Below, one piece after another: positions 59,497 through 64,000 of a stretch of 64,000 nucleotides of DNA. The first letter of the stretch is position 1; every line of letters starts with the position of its first letter. The stretch spans positions 454 to 64,453 of the forward strand of contig DAOUOW010000002.1 in NCBI GenBank assembly GCA_030626475.1. Direction: 5' to 3'. The stretch comes from Chloroflexota bacterium (GTDB lineage: Bacteria; Chloroflexota; Dehalococcoidia; E44-bin15). The translations under genes were made by a program, and so were the position numbers. The notes under the pieces are model-generated. The model searched no databases. It was given only the letters and a program-made list of their open reading frames with translations, and was not told the origin of the DNA.

Positions 59497-61590
59497 ATGG
59501 AAAGGGTGAGATGGGGCTGGGTCCCGTATTTAGTTTATTCCTTGCTTTCCCTTTCTATTCTAGGGACTCTGCTTTCGCCGGGCTACATCTTAACCCTGGA
59601 TATGGTCTTCACCCCGCATTTTGACTCCTCCTCTTTTCTCTATGGGCTGGACGAGTGGTGGCCATCAGCCTCAGCTCCTTTCTTTCTCCTGCTGCAGTTC
59701 GGGAGCAAGATTGTTCCTGCCTGGGTGATCGAAAAAGCTATCCTATTTTTGGTTTTCTTCCTCGCCGGGCTGGGGGCGCACCGGCTTTTCCCCTATAGAG
59801 GGGTGGGGGCATACTTCGCTGGTCTGCTGTATATGATAAATCCCTTTACCTACGCTCGCTTCCTGGCAGGACACTGGGGGATGCTCACAGCTTACGCCAT
59901 GTTCCCCTTTGCCATTAAGGCATTTATCGAGTTGCTGGAGAGGCGAGAGAGGAAGGATGCGATAAGAGTGGCGCTGTTTTCAACACTGGTGGGACTCATC
60001 CAGGTTCATGCGTTCTTCATGCTTTTCTTCGCCTTTGGCATCATCTTTGTGGTCAGGGCGATAGCCAAGCGCAGGGAGCCAGCAGTGCTCCACCACGCCT
60101 CTAAATACATGGGGATAAGCGCAGCAATATTCCTCGCTCTCAACCTTTACTGGCTGGTTCCCTATCTCACTGCCAGCGGGACGGTGATGGGAGAGATCGG
60201 CCAAGAAGACCTTCTTTTCTTTGCCCCCAAGGCTACTTCCGATTTTGGGGTGGGCTTCGATGTCGCCTCCATGCACGGGTTCTGGAGAGAAGGCTATCTA
60301 TATACCAAAGACATCCTGTCTTTTTGGTGGCTGATCTTCGTCGTTATGCTCTTTCTTGCAACTTATGGATTTTTGGTCAAATATCGGCATCAGAGATTGG
60401 GGTGGGTGGTGGTGTCCTTTGCTGTGCTGGGGGTGGTTAGCTACCTTCTGGCACTGGGAGCAGCGAGCAATCTCACCCGTCCTCCCTTTGAGTGGGCTTA
60501 CCAGCATGTACCATTATTTCGTGGATTCAGAGATTCGCAGAAATTTGTCGCTTTACTCTGTCTCGCCTATGCTTTCCTAGGTGGCTTGGGGGTGAGGGAG
60601 ATCATCAAGCCTTTAAGGCGACTTAAACGGAAACTGCCCGTGGCAGGGATGATGACGCTGGCGATTATGCTGCTCTTGAGCCCGATCGCCTACTCCTTCT
60701 CCATCTTCGGCTTTCAGGGGCAGCTGGGAACCACAGATTATCCCCAGGAGTGGTATGAGGTGAATGAATACCTGAATCAGGACGATGAAGATTTTCAGGT
60801 TTTATTTTTGCCCTGGCATCTCTATATGGACTTTAGCTGGCTACCGAACAGGGATAAGAGGCTGGGGAACCCGGCATGGCAATTCTTTGATAAGCCAGTT
60901 ATCGCAGGCGATAATATCGAGATTACCGATGTCTATTCTCAGAGTACATATCCCATGAGCGCATATGTGGAGTTTGTGCTGGCCAACAGAGACGATATAG
61001 AAAACCTGGGCGAGCTACTGGCCCCGCTCAATGTGAAGTACATCATTCTGGCACATGAGGTGGACTATGAGGCCTATAATTCCCTCTATCAGCAGGCAGA
61101 TTTAGCTGTGGAACTGGAAAGACAGGGCATAACTTTGTTCAAGAACCTCCACCCCAGGGCTAAGATCTATGGTGTTAATAGCATTGTTCATATCGACAAC
61201 CTGGAGCAGTACCTGGAGCTGAGCAAAACTCAGGACGTGATGGAACATATTTACCTGCTGGGGAGTGGCAGTAGTAGCGGTGAGGCTTCCGCAATGGAAG
61301 TCGTGGGGTTTGAAAAGGAGAGCGCGGTCAAATACCATGTTCAGGGCAGTGAGAGCGAATACCTGGTGTTCACTGTCTCCCATAGAGCGAGCACTGAGCA
61401 CTGGGAGTATGAGGGCCAGCAGGCGATGAAGAACCTGGGATTCATGCCCGCCTTTGAGTCCGAGAGCGATGGTGGTGAGCTGGTGTACACTAGGTTTTAC
61501 CTTGTCCATCTCACGTGCTACATTATCTCTCTGGTAACCCTGGCAGCGGTGGCAGGGGTCTATTTCTTGCCCAAGACTAAAAGACAATGA
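59497..61590 (+). CDS. Polytopic GT-C-like glycosyltransferase candidate (YfhO-like), paralogue of 51734..56020
   Basis: 697 aa. It has ~13 TM helices with an acidic first loop (LTLDMVFTPHFD), a soluble C-terminal domain and a terminal TM helix. Confidence 0.7.
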   Translation: MERVRWGWVPYLVYSLLSLSILGTLLSPGYILTLDMVFTPHFDSSSFLYGLDEWWPSASAPFFLLLQFGSKIVPAWVIEKAILFLVFFLAGLGAHRLFPYRGVGAYFAGLLYMINPFTYARFLAGHWGMLTAYAMFPFAIKAFIELLERRERKDAIRVALFSTLVGLIQVHAFFMLFFAFGIIFVVRAIAKRREPAVLHHASKYMGISAAIFLALNLYWLVPYLTASGTVMGEIGQEDLLFFAPKATSDFGVGFDVASMHGFWREGYLYTKDILSFWWLIFVVMLFLATYGFLVKYRHQRLGWVVVSFAVLGVVSYLLALGAASNLTRPPFEWAYQHVPLFRGFRDSQKFVALLCLAYAFLGGLGVREIIKPLRRLKRKLPVAGMMTLAIMLLLSPIAYSFSIFGFQGQLGTTDYPQEWYEVNEYLNQDDEDFQVLFLPWHLYMDFSWLPNRDKRLGNPAWQFFDKPVIAGDNIEITDVYSQSTYPMSAYVEFVLANRDDIENLGELLAPLNVKYIILAHEVDYEAYNSLYQQADLAVELERQGITLFKNLHPRAKIYGVNSIVHIDNLEQYLELSKTQDVMEHIYLLGSGSSSGEASAMEVVGFEKESAVKYHVQGSESEYLVFTVSHRASTEHWEYEGQQAMKNLGFMPAFESESDGGELVYTRFYLVHLTCYIISLVTLAAVAGVYFLPKTKRQ

Positions 61591-61610
61591 GGCTTCAAAT
61601 GTCTGCGCCA

Positions 61611-62312
61611 TCACGCCTTCATGAGTTGCTTTAACTGAGCAACTGCTAGGGGTAACACCTCTCCTATGCTTTCCTCAAAAAAACGCAGATGAGTGACTCG
61701 GTCGAACGGGGTTTCACCCTGGTTGATGATTACCAGCCGAGCTCCGGACTGGAGGGCCACCCGGGGCATGTCAGCAGCGGGGGTGACAACAAGGCTGGAG
61801 CCAACAACCACGAACAGGTCGCATTTTTGTGAGTGCCAAAAAGAAGCGTCCAAGTCCTTCCGCGGCAAGGACTCGCCGAAGTCAACCACGCTGGAAACCA
61901 GCTTGCCGCCGCAGGAACAAGTATCCAGGCCAGTGGACTTGTCTACCTTCGCCTCGCAGCGAGTGCACCGCAGCATGTCGATGTTGCCGTGCAGTTCGGC
62001 CAGCAAATCGGGGCGGATCCCTGATTTCAGATGGAGGTTGTCCACATTTTGTGAGATAAGGAAGCTCAGCTTGCCTAGTTCTTGTAGCTCAACAATAGCC
62101 ATGTGCCCCACATTAGGCTCGACTGAGGTCCAGTCTCGCATTGGAGTGGGAAGCCCTTTTTCCTTCCGTGTCCAAATGCCGTCCGGTCCCCGGAAGTCAG
62201 GGAGACCTGATTCCGTGCTGATGCCAGCACCGGTGAACACCACCATGTGTTTTGCCTCAAACATCCACTGAGCCAGGGTCTTAATCCGTTGGTCAAAGTC
62301 CGCCGATGCCAT
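61611..62312 (-). CDS. cobB: NAD-dependent protein deacylase, Sir2 family
   Basis: GAGISTESGLPDFRG, QNVDNLH, the Zn ribbon CTRC...CSCGG and VVGSSLVV. I chose the ATG at 62312 (after GGAGGAAG) over the start at 62393. Confidence 0.88.
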   Translation of the reverse strand: MASADFDQRIKTLAQWMFEAKHMVVFTGAGISTESGLPDFRGPDGIWTRKEKGLPTPMRDWTSVEPNVGHMAIVELQELGKLSFLISQNVDNLHLKSGIRPDLLAELHGNIDMLRCTRCEAKVDKSTGLDTCSCGGKLVSSVVDFGESLPRKDLDASFWHSQKCDLFVVVGSSLVVTPAADMPRVALQSGARLVIINQGETPFDRVTHLRFFEESIGEVLPLAVAQLKQLMKA

Positions 62313-62480
62313 GCTTCCTCCTAAGGAAAGGGGATTTGAACTCCCTCGTGGCCTCCATTTTACGCCAGTGGCTATCAAGTGGCAACATACCACGCAGCGA
62401 GGGCAGTGGCAGATTAGGGCTGTTGACTAACAGGCTGCTTTTCGGGAATAATATCCCTGGCATCAACAAAGGAGGTTCCA

Positions 62481-63671
62481 GTGAAGAGATGGTCATCGAT
62501 AGCAGCAATTGCGGTCCTGTGTTTGGCGCTGGTCCTTGGTGCTGCTTGTGGTGGAGGGGAGGAGGAAGTAAAGAAGGTGAAGTTTGGCTTTGCTGCGCCG
62601 TGGGTGGGTATACTTGGAGCCTTTGTTGGCCTTCCGGCAATGCAAGGGATTGAGTTAGCCTCTGAGATGATCGGCGAGTTTACCGTGGCTGGGGAGAGCT
62701 ACCGCTGGAATGTTATTTGCCTGGATAACGGGTACACCATCGGCGGCGGGATGGCGTCAGCTAACAGATTCATCTTTGAGGATAGGGTAAAATTTATGCA
62801 CCAGACTGGTGCCGATGCCGCACTGGCTGCCCAGCCTATATGCGAGGAGAAAGGGGTGCTGCTTTCCATATCGGGCGCTGGCATGGAGGCCTTTGACCCA
62901 GATAAGCGACACACTTTCCAGTTCTCCCCAACCTATATGGTGCACACGCCGGTACTTTTCCAGTGGCTGACCACAGCCCACCCGGAGGTGAAAACTGTGG
63001 CTATAGCCGTGGGGGATGACAGGACCGGCCAGGAGATTAGAGGTGCCGCTGTCATCGCGGCTGAGTATTTCGATCTCGAAGTGGTATATAAAGACCTCCA
63101 CCCCGCGGATACGACGGAGTTTTCCCACCTGGCACACAAGCTGGTGAGAGAGGAGCCAGACCTGTTTATAGGCAATCCTCTGATATTGAAAGCTATGAGG
63201 GAAATAGGCTGGGATGGCCTTGCTGCCTTTCACGGGTGGAGCAGAGTAACGGCCGCGCAAGCAGGGTGGGACAATGTCCAGGGCTTGCTGGTCTATCAAC
63301 CGAACCCGTTCGGAGAAGAGCTGCCGCAGGAGGTGAAGGACTTCGCCGCTGAGTACCAGGCACGGTATGAGGGCCAGGAGTTCACCATGAGCTCATACTA
63401 CTCCGCGACCATACTCTATGTCATGACCGAAGCTCTGAAGAAGGCTGGCACCGTGGATGATGTGGACAAGATCATGGATGTCCTTGAGACCGAGATCTTT
63501 GACACCTGGATTGGGCCCCTAAGATTCGGGGGCCAGGGGCTTATTGACACTGACCATCTGTTAATGTGGCCTGCCCCGATCGCCGAGATCAGTGATCATG
63601 ACTATCATGTAATATTTGATGAGATGTCGGCAGATGAAGCAGAGGCATTAGCAGTGGAGGTCTATAAGTAG
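62481..63671 (+). CDS. ABC transporter substrate-binding lipoprotein, type I (Liv/branched-chain amino-acid-like)
   Basis: Signal peptide plus lipobox LVLGAAC and a periplasmic-binding-protein type I pattern. No adjacent permease genes. Confidence 0.8.
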   Translation: MKRWSSIAAIAVLCLALVLGAACGGGEEEVKKVKFGFAAPWVGILGAFVGLPAMQGIELASEMIGEFTVAGESYRWNVICLDNGYTIGGGMASANRFIFEDRVKFMHQTGADAALAAQPICEEKGVLLSISGAGMEAFDPDKRHTFQFSPTYMVHTPVLFQWLTTAHPEVKTVAIAVGDDRTGQEIRGAAVIAAEYFDLEVVYKDLHPADTTEFSHLAHKLVREEPDLFIGNPLILKAMREIGWDGLAAFHGWSRVTAAQAGWDNVQGLLVYQPNPFGEELPQEVKDFAAEYQARYEGQEFTMSSYYSATILYVMTEALKKAGTVDDVDKIMDVLETEIFDTWIGPLRFGGQGLIDTDHLLMWPAPIAEISDHDYHVIFDEMSADEAEALAVEVYK

Positions 63672-63707
63672 CGGGGGCTTGCTTAAAGAATAACCCCTTA
63701 ACGGAGT

Positions 63708-64000
63708 TCAACCCCTAAATTTCCTTTCCCATTCTACTATGCCGCCCACAGGCATCTCCAGCAGAGGGACGTGCCAGACCATCGCACCTGCGAGTCTCAA
63801 GGGCCAGGTGGCTGCGGCTATCGCCTCGTTGCTCTCCGCTTCACCGATGGTGATAGTTACCCCCATGTTCAGTGGAATGCCAGGAAAGGGGATTCCCTGA
63901 CAGAAGTAGCTAGCCAAGGTCTCTGTCCCTGGAGGGGGGTTGGCCGACAGCTTGTCGGAAATCTGCGCCAACTCCGCTCCCTTAGCCACATCAAAGAGGG
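63708..64000 (-). CDS. Hypothetical protein, 5'-truncated by the window edge
   Basis: The frame stays open from 63989 to the window end (...LFDVAKGAEL...). No motif recognised. Confidence 0.4.
   Translation of the reverse strand, partial: LFDVAKGAELAQISDKLSANPPPGTETLASYFCQGIPFPGIPLNMGVTITIGEAESNEAIAAATWPLRLAGAMVWHVPLLEMPVGGIVEWERKFRG

Noticed and set aside
1-64000. Looked by eye for CRISPR-like regularly spaced repeats, reverse transcriptase/DGR or retron signatures, transposase genes with terminal inverted repeats, rRNA, tmRNA and RNase P.
   Set aside because: I saw none. The only regular repeats are the 12-bp iterons (8938-8996) and the in-gene duplications reported as features. A computational scan would be needed to exclude small ncRNAs.

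Overview
64-kb bacterial chromosomal window with one tRNA, no rRNA and no CRISPR array.

**Layout**
- **1-4.3 kb:** the 3' end of a surface protein, an excisionase-type HTH gene, a PAS-GAF-GGDEF-HD-GYP c-di-GMP enzyme, a MarR regulator and a small tail-anchored fragment.
- **~4.4-11.2 kb:** a compact integrative element. It carries a tyrosine integrase abutting tRNA-Ser(CGA), an xis-like HTH, an RHH/coiled-coil protein with 12-bp iterons, a wHTH-like protein, a minimal sigma-like factor, a DnaN-like sliding clamp, a 59-aa ORF and a multi-Zn-ribbon protein. I recognise no capsid, terminase, polymerase, primase or helicase genes in it.
- **11.4-30.4 kb:** housekeeping genes. These are a B12-radical SAM gene, dprA-topA-xerC-aroQ-M24 peptidase, efp, xseAB, a PHP protein, a PurN-like/HAD-like/PfkB trio, a crotonase, clpP-tig, a peptide SBP and aspS.
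- **30.5-38.8 kb:** hypFCDE converging on a group-3 Mvh/Vhu-type [NiFe] hydrogenase operon (D-G-A plus endopeptidase).
- **39.3-61.6 kb:** a 22-kb co-directional, visibly AT-richer surface-glycan cluster. It begins with a tandem-FN3 anchored protein and encodes a flippase, the four GDP-D-glycero-alpha-D-manno-heptose enzymes, three SDR enzymes, a radical SAM, two methyltransferases, four GT-A/GT-B transferases and two paralogous giant GT-C-like membrane proteins.
- **61.6-64 kb:** a Sir2 deacetylase, a Liv-type SBP and a partial ORF.

**Most interesting call**
The element's sigma-like protein and its Zn-ribbon protein both end in beta-clamp-binding-type tails (QLCLL-COOH and QITLQI-COOH), and they flank the element's own clamp gene. 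This suggests a clamp-tethered transcription module analogous to phage T4 gp45/gp55/gp33.

**Other leads**
- Face-to-face consensus promoters at the integrase/xis junction.
- Iterons overlapping the RHH gene start.
- A shared C-terminal anchor motif on three surface proteins.
- The heptose/GT-C glycosylation cluster.

Taxonomy cannot be established from the sequence alone. The gene content is compatible with an anaerobic, S-layer-type (possibly Chloroflexota-like) bacterium, which is inference only. All calls rest on reading the motifs by eye; no database search was run.
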